Shown piece by piece: positions 1 through 12,897 of a stretch of 64,000 bases of DNA. This DNA is from Lama guanicoe. Its lineage: Eukaryota. The stretch lies in assembly GCA_013239625.1 (NCBI GenBank), contig MU053594.1, forward strand, positions 2,112,127 through 2,176,126, in the 5' to 3' direction. The notes under the pieces were generated by a model. It was not told the DNA's origin, made no database searches, and saw only the letters and a program-made list of their open reading frames with translations. The position numbers and the translations under genes were made by a program. Position 1 is the stretch's first letter, and every line of letters begins with the position of its first letter.

Positions 1-800
1 ATTATTTCTCCCTTTGTAATTAATAAATATTATGGAGAAGATATACTGAGACTATACCTACCATTTCTCCTTAAACTTTCACCCACTAATTTGGCATTCA
101 CTGGTAGGTCTTGACTGCAACAATAATTACTGTGGTGTTCTAAAGGTGAATTTTCACTTCCCTCATTCCTTCTACAGTTATTAATGACAATTCTTCTTTA
201 AGGAAGAGTCGTCCCTTCTTCCCCTCTTATTTATTTATCATTAAATCATTTGTTTATTATTTATAATATTGTCATATTATAGTCATCATAAGTATTTATT
301 TTATTCTTTGGGTTGTAAGTCAATATTATGGTTATTTATTTTGATGCTCAAATAGTTCCAGCTTTGGCCACTAGGAGCTAACTCAGGTTGGCTCCTGTAC
401 CCTTTCAACATGGCCCTCTCTTTTTAAAATTTCATTTAACTTTAGCTATTTCCTTATCGTCTGGCAGAACAGAAGATGTTCTAAGTCTCATCTTATATTT
501 TCCTGCCCTAGCCCTGGAATGAACCACTTTTCCAAGGAGCTCTGATTCCTTTTACAGAGGAATGGTACTTAGAAACCAAGGCTAAGACCTAAATGTGCTC
601 ACTGCCAGTGGGATGTCATTGCATCTAGGCTCTGTCAGCATAGTTAGGAAATATATGTATGAATGCTAATCCATGTTTACACACACATGCATACACACAC
701 ACATTTATTTTTGTACTCAACTATATGTACATGTATTAAGAAAAAACATCAACCCATGGCTTCACAGTGATAACGTCTAACTCAGGGCTCATTCTAGCAT
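1..800 (-). mobile_element. Old L1 3' region (L1MC4/5-like)
   Basis: Motifs GTTCCAGCTTTGGCCA...TCAGGTTGGCTCCTGT, CCCTGGAATGAACCACTTTTCCAAGGAGC and TTAGAAACCAAG; also similar to 14590-14880. Confidence 0.7.
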
Positions 801-1159
801 TATTTTGATACTATTTTTATTCGCGTATGATTGACTGAACAACTCCTGACAAACTTTTGAAGGTATAAGGGAGCTTTCTTCCTCTGCTGTAATTTGTCAT
901 TTGTCATTTGTGTGGGAGTAACTATTTTGAACTTTCACTCATAACATACCTTGAATTTGTCAGATCAATCAAGATTGTCAACCTTTCTTGAACATAGGAG
1001 GAGAAAGACAAATCTTTCTCAAAGAATCTCTTAGCTTCACAATTTTAGGGATGCTCAATATGAAATCATAAGAATTTTTTGAAACAAAATGAGCAGTCCT
1101 TCAACATGGTGTATAAGTTATAATCAAATCCAAAAACCCTTTATGTCTTGCTTACTTTG

Positions 1160-1355
1160 GACTAGGCATCACACACTAGGTACTTTTGTATAAATTATCT
1201 CATTTAATTGTGATGGTGGCCCTGTGAGGCATGACTGTCCTTACCTTATAAAGGGGGAAATAAAAGCTCCAAGTGGTTAACTGACTTACCGAAATATCTA
1301 CAGCTGCAAGTGGCTTAGCCAGTATTCAAATCCAGGTCCTTTGAACTCCAAGCCA
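1160..1355 (-). mobile_element. MIR
   Basis: TATCTCATTTAAT...GGTTAACTGACTTACC...ATTCAAATCCAGGTC matches the reverse MIR core. Confidence 0.6.
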
Positions 1356-2897
1356 GGAGTCCTTTTTTTTTTTTATTATATCACAGATGTTCTAAGAACA
1401 TCATTAAGTAGGAGAAGTTTAATCCAACTTAAAACTGGAGGTAAGGCTGTTTAAACCCCAGGAAAAATCCTTTATATTAAATAGAGATGAGAGGTTTTCT
1501 AACTTATTGCTCTGCTAGCAGAACCTGATGAGTGAGGGTTTTCTTGTCTCTACAACACTGGATGCTATGTTGAAATCATCCTTAATAAGTGAATAGGAAT
1601 GATTAAGATATTTGCAGAGTAAATGTCAGAAACACATTCCTACATTCATTTTAGAAATCTATATTCATTTCAAGCATGTGGGATGTGCTAAAATAGACAC
1701 ACCTTGTCCTTTTCACATGAAGATACATGCTCCCATCCTTGCAACGCTAAGACATATAGTCTGAGGTTTTACACGAACATTCGTTTTGAGATTTCCTGAT
1801 ACATCTGTGTTCTCTCACTTGGTTTCTGTGTGGCCTAAAATGTCAGTAGAAGAGAGGGGCTTGGAGTGGACTCTTTTACCACAGAACAGATCAGTCACTG
1901 CTGACTGACTCATGGAAACCAACCTGGCCTCAAAAGCCAAGCCCTCCAATTGCCTCTTATCTAACTACCCAGTAACAGACCATGGATCTCTTTGAAAACA
2001 GCATTAGAATTGCTGTATGGTTTTCTGCTTTATATTTTGAAAGTGACAGATTGATCTGTATCTTCCTGATAACAAAAAACTAGTGTTATTACTGTCATCA
2101 CTAAATTACACAAACTATCAGTGCCCAAACATCATCAGCAAAGGGCCAGCGCTTTAGGAATAACAGACCCTTGCACAGTGAGCAAGCTGATTCTGACGCT
2201 GACTGTCTGATGGGAGCAGCGCACATCAGCGAATCCTGCTGTGTCTGTCCGAGTGAGACAGATCAAACGTTGGCCTGCACACGAAGCACCTGGGGAACCT
2301 GGTAAAATGCAGATGCTGGTCCCCAGGCCACCCTTCTAGCCGCCAGGAAGCCGAATAAAACAGAGGTTGCGAAAAAGATACAGAAGATGTTAATTTGCCA
2401 CTGTTTATTGCTGCAATAAAATTTAATAAAAATGCAATTATTGTTGCAATAAAAAGTAAATACTTTAATATTTAAATGACATAAAAACTAAATAGAAAAA
2501 GTCATTAGGTAAACTAAGTCATTTTTTTAAAAAAGGGAAAAAAGCAAACAAAACATTGAAAACCAGTCTTCCAGCTAAGAAAATGTAAATGATTTCTAGG
2601 AACCAACACAACCAAGGTGATTTTTTATCACCAGCCGTGTGTTATAACGTCTAATTCATAATTTAAAAAATCCTCCCACAGAGAAGCCGATGGCTTTAGG
2701 GTTAAATTTATCCTCGTTTCTAAAATTGCCAGGAGAATTCAGATATCCAGTCTTGCCGAAGAGTTACACATCTTTTGTAATTATTATAATCGGAGCGAAG
2801 ACAATTAATGAGGAAGTGAAAGCTGACAAATGGAAGGTAGCGGAGTGTACAGAGGGAGCTGACCCGCTGCACAGACTCAACACCCATCAGCCGGCAC

Positions 2898-2905
2898 TGA
2901 CGTCA
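2898..2905. promoter_or_regulatory. Full CRE motif
   Basis: TGACGTCA in a locally CpG-richer, repeat-poor segment. Motif match only. Confidence 0.3.
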
Positions 2906-3884
2906 ACGGATACTGTGCTGCCCACCAGCGAGGAGGGGCCAGCTGCGCAGCTTGCTTCCACACATCAGTCACTCCCTCCCCACCTGCCACGAGGGCACAG
3001 GGACAGTCACCACAGTGGAGATGGCACGTGGGTCTGCTGAGCAGCGAGAGATACCTGTGTGTCCGATGAGCGAGTTCAGTGAGCGAAGCAGCAAATACAT
3101 GATTCTCCTCAGCCCCAAATGGAGTGGGGAGGAGGAGGGAGGTGAAGAAGGGGAACACAAAACCAAACCAAACCAAACCCTTAGCGCTGTCTTCCATATT
3201 CCAGGCTTAACGTGCTGCCAGCGCTAAGTAGGCTTGAAGGATAAAAACAAGGTCTCACTGTGTTTGCTGATGCAGAGCTCTTTTCACATTTTACGTAATA
3301 TGGGTGGCGGCAGGATAACAGATGGAGACTTTTCATAAATATTTTACCAATAAAACCTGCCTCAGCCTCCCCTGCCCTTTTTTGGTTCCAGGGTACAAAA
3401 TGTGAATTACGTATACAGAAACCTTGTCTCAGGATCTAGTAAGCAGAAAGGCTGTTAGAAACAATGATGAAATGATGGGCTACTCAGGTCATAGGTCAAT
3501 TCAGAAAGCAAGCATTCCTCTTGGGCTAAAGGCAAGTGACTTGTGGTGCACAGGTCAGAGTGATCAGGCTCACTACACATTACTAGTTACATTTAAGGTC
3601 CCTCTCAAAAAAAAATTAACTTGCATCAAGCAGAGACAATTTAGAATACAAATGATGAACTCCCCTTGGTCCTCAAAGATTTGTATTAATAAGGCTCTAA
3701 ACCCTGGTAATTAAAAAAAAAAAAGACATGCTGAGGGGGGTTATATGGCTATCAAAATTGTCAGGATTTGTTTTCACATGGAATTAATTATACCCTGAAG
3801 ATAAATAATAGCTACCTTTTATTGAGTGTTTACATGGTGCCAGGAAGTTCAATTGACAATTTATTTAACGCTTAAACAGCGTTA

Positions 3885-4245
3885 ACTATGTACCGGGCAC
3901 TGTTCTAAGAACTCTGCAAATATTAACTAGAAACCGCTATAAGATACAAACTTCTGTCACTCCCTCTTAACCGATAAGGAAGCCGAGGACAGAGAGGTTA
4001 GGTAATGTGTCCAAGGTCATGGAGCTAGAAGTGGCAGAACCAGGATTCAAACCCAGGCAGCCCGCAATCCTACCTGTTACCCTCCCTGCCTCTAACATTA
4101 TCACTAATACCTACCGTGTTCCTGAGAAACACATTAATCTCTGTTTGATAGATTTGGAAACCTAGGCTCAGCCAGGTTAAGTCACCAGCCCAAGGTCAAC
4201 CAGCCAGAATTTGCACCAGTCCTGCCTGACACCAAACTCCACAAT
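3885..4245 (-). mobile_element. Two adjacent MIR fragments
   Basis: GGCACTGTTCTAAG...GAGAGGTTAGGTAATGTGTCCAAGGTCA...GGATTCAAACCCAGGCAG, then GGAAACCTAGGCTCAG..GGTTAAGTCAC..CCCAAGGTCA. Confidence 0.7.
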
Positions 4246-4970
4246 CTTCATGTGAAGCTGTGCTTGAATTGTGATATTTTCTGAAAACTTCCTCCAAGTA
4301 AAATTCATACATTTTAATTCTTATCTAAGTATTTGTTATAAACATTTCAGATTAGGAAAGCTGAAGAATAAAACTAAATGCCCTTCTTCTATTTATTCTC
4401 GGGTTTAATGCCTGAGAATAACAGTCATGGCTAAAATGGCTCGGGGGAAACAGCACTGTGACGATTGAAACTCACGAAAGCCAGCATTTCTTTGCATCCT
4501 GCCTGTTACTCTGAATGTCCTAACGCTTGTACTTTGTGAAGGCTGGAGGTCTCATAATTGAGGTGACGAGCGCACCCAGATGGGGGTGAACCCACGGCTC
4601 ACCAGTGTCTGAAGTCTTCACTCATCGGAGGAGCACAAATGAGAAGCTGATTTCAAAGCCAAGTTTCTGCATTTATTAAAATGAGCCACATCTGATACTT
4701 CTACCCCATTTCCTTTCTTATAAACAGAGACATATATTTTAATTTTAACCTCGTTTTGGTTTGTGCTGCTCTTCAATTTCAACACACAAGACGGCTGGAA
4801 CAGTTCATTTATTCAGCCCATTTAGCAACTGAAGAGATCTTCACAAACAGAATAAACAGGAAAGTATGATTTAAGGGAATAATTTTGTATTTTATTCTGG
4901 GGTTTTGCAGTTTTTCCATGGAGCCCCATTTTTCCTAGATGTGTTGGATTTCCTTGAATTCAAGAAGAAA

Positions 4971-5168
4971 GGGGAGGGTATAGCTCAGTGGTAGAGTGCA
5001 TGGCCAGCCTGCATGAGGTCCTGGGTTCAATCCCCAGTACCTCCTCTAAAAAAATAAATAACTAAGTAAACCCAGTTATCTCTCCCACCAAAAATAAATA
5101 AATAAGAATTTTAAAAATTAAAAAATCCCTAAATTAAAAAAAACCCAACAAAACCAGAAGAAATTTTT
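4971..5168 (+). mobile_element. tRNA-Ala-derived SINE (camelid vic-1-like) with extended A-rich tail
   Basis: GGGGAGGGTATAGCTCAGTGGTAGAG (A box) ... GGGTTCAATCCCCAGTACCTCC (B box), then A-rich tail. Short putative TSD AAGAAGAA at 4962-4969 and 5169-5176. Confidence 0.9.
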
Positions 5169-6049
5169 AAGAAGAAGCCTCAGAGATCAGAAGATATGTT
5201 CTGAAAGGGAAGCAAGGCCATAAAAAAGTCTAAAAATCCATGCGTAAATATAAATACCCTGGAGAAATTCTTTACCAGCACTGGGACACATCTCAATTTT
5301 TGATGGCCATGTGAAATCCTTCATGCTCTGTGTCTGCCCACCTGTCCAGGCTCCTTCCCTACACTCCTCACTGGCACTTACGTTCCGATGGGTCTGGTCC
5401 GTCCTGTCCTTACACACTTTGAGTTCTCTGGCCCGCCTGTCTTTGCACCTGCTGATCCCTCTGCCTGGAGCTGCCATCCGTACCTCACCCCCTCGACACA
5501 CTCTCCCCCTTCGTCCTTCTCTTCCCCAGTCTAACCACAAATGCTTCCTTGTCAGTCAGGTCTTAGCTACCAATTTCCCTGCGTCTTCGAGGCAGAGTCA
5601 GTCCTTCTCCGAGCTTCTTGGTCTCTACAACAATTATTATTATTTTTTTAATGTTCTGTTTCCTTAAAGGTCCGGTTCTGGATTAACTCCTTCAGGTGAG
5701 AGCAGAGTTGAGCTTTTTTGCTTTTTTGTCTTGAAATATCTGAATCTCCAGGACTTAGCCCAGGAGCATAGAAGATGCTTAATAGACATTTGTTAAAATT
5801 TGGGGGACATGCTGGTAAGGATGACAGAGAAAAAATGTGGGCAGGAAGAAACTTGAGAACCTATAATACTGTGGGTACACGTGTGTGTGTGCGAAAGTGT
5901 GTGTGTGTGTGTGTCCATTTGAGAGGTATGGAATCAAAGATGCTAAATGTACATATACTGAATGATGGAACCCCAAATTTAGTAGTGAGTACTCCTTGAG
6001 GAATAACTGACAAGCAACGCTTGGAAACTACAACACGGCGTCGTGGAGG

Positions 6050-6265
6050 AAGCACAGATATTGTGGTCAGAGACCTAGGTTTGAATTCCAGGTCTGACTT
6101 AACATCTGAGTCACCTCTGCAAGTTACTGAATCTCTTTGTGTTTCAACTTTCCCATCTAAAAACTGGCAGTCCCCGTGCAGCTTCTGCGGTTGCTGTGCA
6201 GATCAAATGATACAAGCGTCTAGCAGAACACCTGAAAATAGTGAAGGCTCAATAAATGTTAGCTT
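6050..6265 (+). mobile_element. MIR
   Basis: GACCTAGGTTTGAATTCC...GCAAGTTACTGAATCTCT...CTCAATAAATGTTAGCT. Confidence 0.7.
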
Positions 6266-7399
6266 AACCAGTGAGAACCAGGGCAGGTCTCTGACACTTT
6301 ACCTGTCTTCCAGATAAAAATCAGAAGGCCTTGAAGGTTAGATATTCAAAAATAAAAATAGTAAAAACAAACAGAAAACTGAATTTCACATAATGACATT
6401 AGGAATATTGAGTTTACCTACTTATATTACAGAAGACATTTTTACAGCCAGGCAAAACTCAGTTATAACCTTAAAGGAAGATTCTGTATATTCTGTTTGC
6501 AAGTTTACTTGGTGTTCTATTTTGACATTTTCTTCTTGAGATGCTAGTGACAGAGCACTCTGTAAATTCCTATAGCATAGGACTCACACCTCTAATCTCT
6601 CTTTCTCTGCCTAAAAAGACCCCCAGAACCCCTCTGGGGTATTGTTTTTGTGAACTTTTTGTTTTGGCTATAAGGGAATGTAAAGGTGAAGTAGGGTTTC
6701 CCCCTTCTTTCTACAGAGTAAAGAACTTCAAAAAAAACAAAAACACAAAAAACCAAGAGCCTTCTCTGAGAAGGACAATTTTAGGGCAGTTGATGCTTTC
6801 AGGGAGAAGTAAACAAAAAACTCCAGTGAGGTGCCCTACAGAAGGCCGGCAAAAAAGAGCGAAATGAATGAGACCAATGGAAGGGCCAGAGGAAGGAAAA
6901 GTGGGAGAAATGAACACACATTATAAATTACAAAAACACTAATATACTAAATAAAAAACACTGTCTTATTCAGGCAATCCCATTAGGGAAAAAAAATCAC
7001 AGACTACAGAATGGAAGAGCCATTACTTCCCTGAAACATATGTGACACTGGCATTTGAAATTAATTATTAAAATTAAAATAAGTAAAAGTTAAGTTAGTA
7101 AAAATTACTTATTTGCCTTCCTCCAAATGCCCAAGGCAAAAATGGTAAACAGCACAGACATAAACAAGTTAAATGCACAAATCAGAGGCTTTTTCACTTA
7201 TATTTTGACCAAAATGCAGCAAAATGGGGCAGGTGATTCCTCCCTAAACTTAGTGAGTCCAGTGAGTATCCAAGCTGGCTAGTCGACCATTTCTTGGTCA
7301 TCCTTTCATGCAGGCGGCTCTGTCCCTCAGCTTTTGTATTGTGCCCTTTATCCTCTTCCAAACCCTAACCGAAATAAATCTCTCCCTCCCACACCTACA

Positions 7400-8135
7400 G
7401 CCTCTACTACTGCTCCTCTCTGCACACCCACATTTTCTTAATTGGACAGTTGCTTTAGATCCCTATTAATCTCCCTGTCTTCAGTCTTACCCACGTCTCC
7501 CACCCCTCTTCACTCTGCAGCCAGAGAGAGACACCTTTCTAACATGCAAATCTAATCACGTCATCCCAGTCTCCCTTCATTCCCAGCCCCACCCCCACCC
7601 CAAGATTTCCAACAGGCTACACTCCCTATCACCTACAGAATAAATAAATAAAATCTTTTCCACGAGATTTGTCCATGAATCTTTCGTGTTCTGGTCTTTG
7701 CTTCCCTGCTCCTCCTGTATCAGTGCCCCTCACCTACAGATTTTGCATTTCACCAAATACTGAACAATAGTTCCCCACCATTCCAGTCTTAATCTCTCTC
7801 TCTCTTACACGTGTGGTATTTACATAGCTTCCTACCTGTCTGCAATACCCAACTTCTATTTATCTTCCTGGCGAGATTCTAACTTCTCTCTCAAGCCTAA
7901 ATTCAAACAGTTCCTTCTCTGAGAAGCTTCCCTGACTTCTCAGGTAGACGGATTGGATGTTCCTACGTCTGAATTTCCACTGCAGTTTGTACATATGTTT
8001 TTGGATAACTAGCACATTGTATTTTAATTATTCTTATCTCCCCACTAGACTTTTAAGATCACAGGAAGTGACTTTTTGATTTGTATCCTAGCACAGAACA
8101 GCACCAGACACATAAATATTTATTGACTGAACGAC
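7400..8135 (+). mobile_element. L2 3' fragment
   Basis: CACTCTGCAGCCAGAG...ATGCAAATCTAATCA...CTCCCCACTAGACT...AAATATTTATTGACTGAA. Confidence 0.6.
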
Positions 8136-8558
8136 AGCTTTGACCATGTGAATAAGGAAACTTGGAATATAAAACATAAAAGTTTTCACAGCTGTGAAAA
8201 GGGCAGAAGGAAAACCAGCAAAATAATCCTTAGTCTCCATGTTATAAATCAAAACCCTATTGCATCAGAGCCAGGCAAAGAGCGTCTGTGCCCCAAAGGC
8301 TTCTCATGCTATTTCCATCACCTCCTTTGTCTTTTCTCTGTCTGCAGTCTCTTGGCAGTCACCAGTCATTACTGAGAGAGCAGGTTTTTACGACATTATT
8401 AAGACAGTGACCTACGCTGTGCCTCCAGCCCGATCAGCCCCTCCAGTCGCCCACACGCTCAGTGGCCTGCCACAAGGAGACTTGGACGCAGATCAGACTG
8501 AGGATACAAGTCAGACCCCAGTCGCGCTCCTGTCACTGTGTGTCTATCAATAACCTTA

Positions 8559-8912
<354 letters not shown>

Positions 8913-8923
8913 TCAGAATTCTT

Positions 8924-8941
8924 CACACACACACACACACA
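8924..8941. repeat. (CA)9 microsatellite, read as (UG)9 in SIK2 pre-mRNA
   Basis: Direct read; lies 31-48 nt upstream of the exon acceptor. Confidence 0.95.
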
Positions 8942-9159
8942 AAACCTCACTGTTAGTATTCAGCATTGCTTTTTCCTCTAAAAAGTTCTTTTAATAACAA
9001 GGGTTAGTGTTCAAGTAAAATGCTATTTTCCAAGTTCCTTGCCTTGAGAAAAGTAATTCCGATCATATCTCATGGGAATCCAGATGAGTGGAGAGACCCC
9101 GAGATCAGACAGCAGTAATTGGCATAATATTCATAGTACAATTCAAAACGCTTTTTTAA

Positions 9160-9598
9160 ATTAAGAAGTACAAATTACTATGCATAAAATAAATAAGCAA
9201 CAAGGATATATTGTATAGCACAGGGAAACATAGCCAGTATTTTATAATAGCTTTATTTAAAAACATTTTTTGTATATATATATTTTATTGAGGTATAGTC
9301 AGTTAACAATGTTGTGTCAATTCCTGGTGTACAGCATAACGCTTCAGTCATACATGAACATACATACATTCATTTTCATATTCTTTTTCACCATGAGTTA
9401 CTACAAAGTATCGAATATAGTTCCCTGTGCTATACAGTATGAACTTATTTATCTATCTATATTAGTTAGTATCTGCAAATCTCAAACTCCCAATTTTAGA
9501 ATAGCTTTAAATAGAGTACAATCTGTAAAAATATTGAATCACTATGCTGTACACTTGAAACTTATATAACGTTGTAAATTAACTATACTTCACTTTAA
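9160..9598 (+). mobile_element. 5'-truncated L1 3' end, interrupted by a second L1 fragment
   Basis: L1 3'UTR motifs AAGGATATATTGTATAGCACAGGGAA and AATCACTATGCTGTACACTTGAAACT...AACTATACTTCA. TSD AAAA[C/T]GCTTTTTTAA at 9145-9159 and 9599-9613. Confidence 0.85.
9256..9492 (-). mobile_element. Younger L1 3' end nested antisense inside the previous L1
   Basis: Reverse-complement match to the L1 3' end at 48160-48700. 17-bp TSD ATTTTA[T/G]AATAGCTTTA at 9239-9255 and 9493-9509. Confidence 0.88.
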
Positions 9599-10269
9599 AA
9601 AATGCTTTTTTAAGCCTAAACCCTCCCTCTGTTCTTTTGTTGAAAAATTTACTGAATATTTTTCCTAACCACATTTTAAAAATAAAATTTATATAAGACA
9701 AAGAAGGTAAATAAATTCTCTGATATCCCATCAGACAAACGATATCATTCTTTCAAACAACCATTCATGCTGTTATTATACAAAACACCTGTAAGAGGAG
9801 ATATGATGGTCCCTGGAAATAGCTTAAATAATTCACTCTGTATTCCTGTTCAGTGGAGCAATTCTGATCTACCCCGGAACACACAGACTTGTTCTCAAAA
9901 CCGTGTTCTCTAAACATATACTTTTACAAGATACATTAGCTACCTTTGTGCAATGTTACAGTATCTATTAAAGCAGTTTATTTAAAAAATTAATTCTGCA
10001 TATGTTCACATGAATTCAATTACATTACAACTTAGTCAAGTCTCACCTGAAGACCTAAAAGGCCTCTGAAATGATCTTTTGAAGGAAAGGGGTCAACATA
10101 AACCCTGAAAGGCATTTCTATTTAAGATTATTTTCCGAAGTCAGGAACTGTATGGGTACATCAATATTCACAGTCACCTTCACATATTCTCTGCGCTAGG
10201 CTTTGTGGTTTTACTGGTTTTTAAATTCCATGTCTTTGGCTCATGCCACCCTCAGTATTTACAGTAACA

Positions 10270-10470
10270 TTTACTAACACCTGCACAACAATGTACAATG
10301 TATAAAGCATGTTCCTATCACAGTGTCTCACTTAATCTTCCTAGCAGCCCTAACTATCGCTCTAATTCCCATTTTGTGGATGAGGAAACTGAAGATCAGA
10401 GGGATTAAGTAACCTGGCTGAATTCACACAATTGGTAAGCAAATGGCTGATGTGAAACTAGAAACTTTGA
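10270..10470 (-). mobile_element. MIR
   Basis: CCCATTTTGTGGATGAGGAAACTGAAG..CAGAGGGATTAAGTAAC. Confidence 0.7.
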
Positions 10471-11466
10471 GTTTTTAAAAAAAAACCCAAAATGTAGCAA
10501 GCTTCTTTACTAGACTCCTGCTGCATCCTATCTATCCGTTCAGAACCCTGCTCAGATGCTCCCTTGCCCTAAAACAGTCCCTCACCACTCAGGTAGTAAC
10601 AATCTCTCTCCTCTCAACCCCTTATCACTCATAACACACTGCCTCACACTTTCATTATCTGCTTATGCATCGTAAATATCTCAATGTGCGTGCACATTTG
10701 CAAATGCACATGCAGACCCATCTAGCCCTAACTCGAGCACATTGTGCCTTACACAATGAAAGATCTTCATGTAAGCTTCCTGAGGGCAGGGGCCTTTCTC
10801 TTCTCTACTCCCCACGTTGCTCAGCACGAAGCACAAAACATCACAGGCAGAGCACTTCCTAAATACTTAGCTGGTTAAGGTCTTAATATGGATGGTTTCA
10901 CGGACCTTCCCAAAAACACCATTATAAAACTGGGGCAGCATCACTCTACTGTACATGTTACAGGCTTTAAATGTAAGTGAACATGTTGTATATTTTTCAG
11001 GATCTGCTATCATCACAACCTGAGATGATCAGCTTGTCACCCCTTCCCTTGGCCTTTACAGAGCTCACAGGGTAGCTATTCATACCTCTAAAGGAGAAAG
11101 AAAGGCTCACTGAAGAACAAATACGTAGATTTTTCAGCCAAAATGTCTGAACTGACATCAGACTGACTCTGTCTAAGTAAACTCGCAAGTGGACAATTCT
11201 ATTGATAAGAGTAAACCAAAGCCCCGTGTCTACACTGGCTGAGCTGGGAAGTCTGAACAAAGGGTGGTACCCTTGGGCAAACATAACTTCTGCAGGGGAA
11301 TGAGCATGCTTTCCGTGAGGGGTTATCTTTTGGCTAGTTAGCATTATCTTTCCTAAGATTGCACCCAAATGCTGTGTAAATTCCATCACTAAATGAGACA
11401 GTTTTTTTCTCATAGACAATTGGTTGGTTCACTTCCCTAAATAGACAAAATTTCTTCCTATTGAAA

Positions 11467-11481
11467 ATGCTGAGTCAGCAT
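11467..11481. promoter_or_regulatory. Perfect T-MARE (Maf recognition element) motif
   Basis: ATGCTGAGTCAGCAT with 5' AAAA flank. Motif match only; function untested. Confidence 0.5.
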
Positions 11482-12760
11482 GGGCCAATGGGAAAGATTT
11501 CAACAACTCAGACAAATGTTAATAAAGACCTAATGTGGATAAGTCCAAGTTAATAGATATGGAAAAATAACCCAAACTATTGCCTGCAATACGAGTCCTG
11601 GGAAGCTCAATAGAACCTACAGTAATGGACTGTTTGTTGACGTGATCAGTCCAAACTGGAGCTCCCACAGCCGAGGGGGATAAAAAGCTTTGAAGCCTGG
11701 CTGGAAGGGCACTGTTTGAAAAACAAAGGCACGGTACATCCTAACCTAAAATTACCATCTAAAGCGACAGTCATCACACTTCAGTAAACCTGTAATACAC
11801 TGTGACAAAAAGGACGACATCCATGTTCCAGAGGTTTAGAGACCAACCATTTAAAGAGGAAATATCTTCACTCTTTAAGTGAAAATCTCAGCGAGTATTC
11901 CAGTATTCCAGCCAATCTATGATCTTCCCCTTTCGTTACGATTTCTGTGGTGCAGGCAGCCTGGGAAACTCTCTGCTGAGAGATCAGTAACAGAAGTAAC
12001 TGAGGCAAAAACCTGTGGCTGCAAATTACATCAGTTTAGGTATAAACACCATTCCTACGAGGGGCACTGTTACCAATCCAAGCTCAGTTAGTGCACAAGG
12101 TCTAAAGATAACATATGAAAAGCATATGGTTCACATTAAAAACTTAACTATGGTTACAGAAAAAAACTTATGAGTGTAACAGCAATTCTCTATACTAACT
12201 GCCCATGTGTGTATTTTTTGATGAATGGATAGTTTAAAAAAAATTCTTCTTTCTTATGTTCACATTTGTTCTGATTGTTAAGTGAAATGTAATTTTATGT
12301 TTGTTGACTTTAATAACGAAACTTTTTAAAGCTATATTTTGTTATGTCCTCTTCCCTCCCCTGGTTTTTGCCTTTATGGTAATTGATTTTTATTGTATGT
12401 TACAAAAATCACAGTCTGAGACAATTAAAAATATTGGTCTTTTAATACTGGTAATTTGAGGAATACTGGTACAGACAAGTAAACAGGCAATTTGAATATC
12501 CTGTGACAGAGCTAGCCCAGGAATAAATACATCCTAAGAAGTACTTTTGTACATACCTTTAAATTTTTTATCATCAAAGTTTCCTCCCCTCCTTCTCCTC
12601 TCTCCCTCCCTCCCTTCTATCACTGCAGCAATGTAAACAAATCTTGACATCATTTTATTTCATCCTAAATACTTTTGTATGTATCTCTAAAATAAATGAC
12701 ATTTTTCTTACATAACCATAATACCATTTTCACACAGATAAAATGAACAAACTCTCTCTC

Positions 12761-12897
12761 TTTTTTTTAAATTACTTTCTGGTGGGGAAGGAGGTAATTA
12801 GGTTTATCTGTTTATTTTTAGAGGAGGTACTGGGGATTGAACCCAGGACCTTGTGTATGCTAAGCACGCCCTCTATCACTTGAGCTATACCCTCCCC
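12761..12897 (-). mobile_element. tRNA-Ala-derived SINE (vic-1-like), inserted in an old L1
   Basis: Reverse complement gives GGGGAGGGTATAGCTCAAGTGATAGAGGGCGTGCTTAGCATACACAAGGTCCTGGGTTCAATCCCCAGTACCTCC...AAACCTAATTACCTCC. Degenerate TSD tgaaca..ctctct on both sides. Confidence 0.9.

Noticed and set aside
4570..4590. CTCF-like CACCCAGATGGGGG
   Set aside because: Several mismatches at key consensus positions.
4971..5043. tRNA-Ala gene (and the six similar heads elsewhere)
   Set aside because: Each has an extra 5' GGGGA/GGGGT leader, mismatched stems and a SINE tail, and most have TSDs; these are retroposed SINEs, not tRNA genes.
10997..11419. 140-aa sense-strand ORF near the exon
   Set aside because: Non-ATG start, no recognisable motif and no convincing splice sites; length is within chance for 64 kb.
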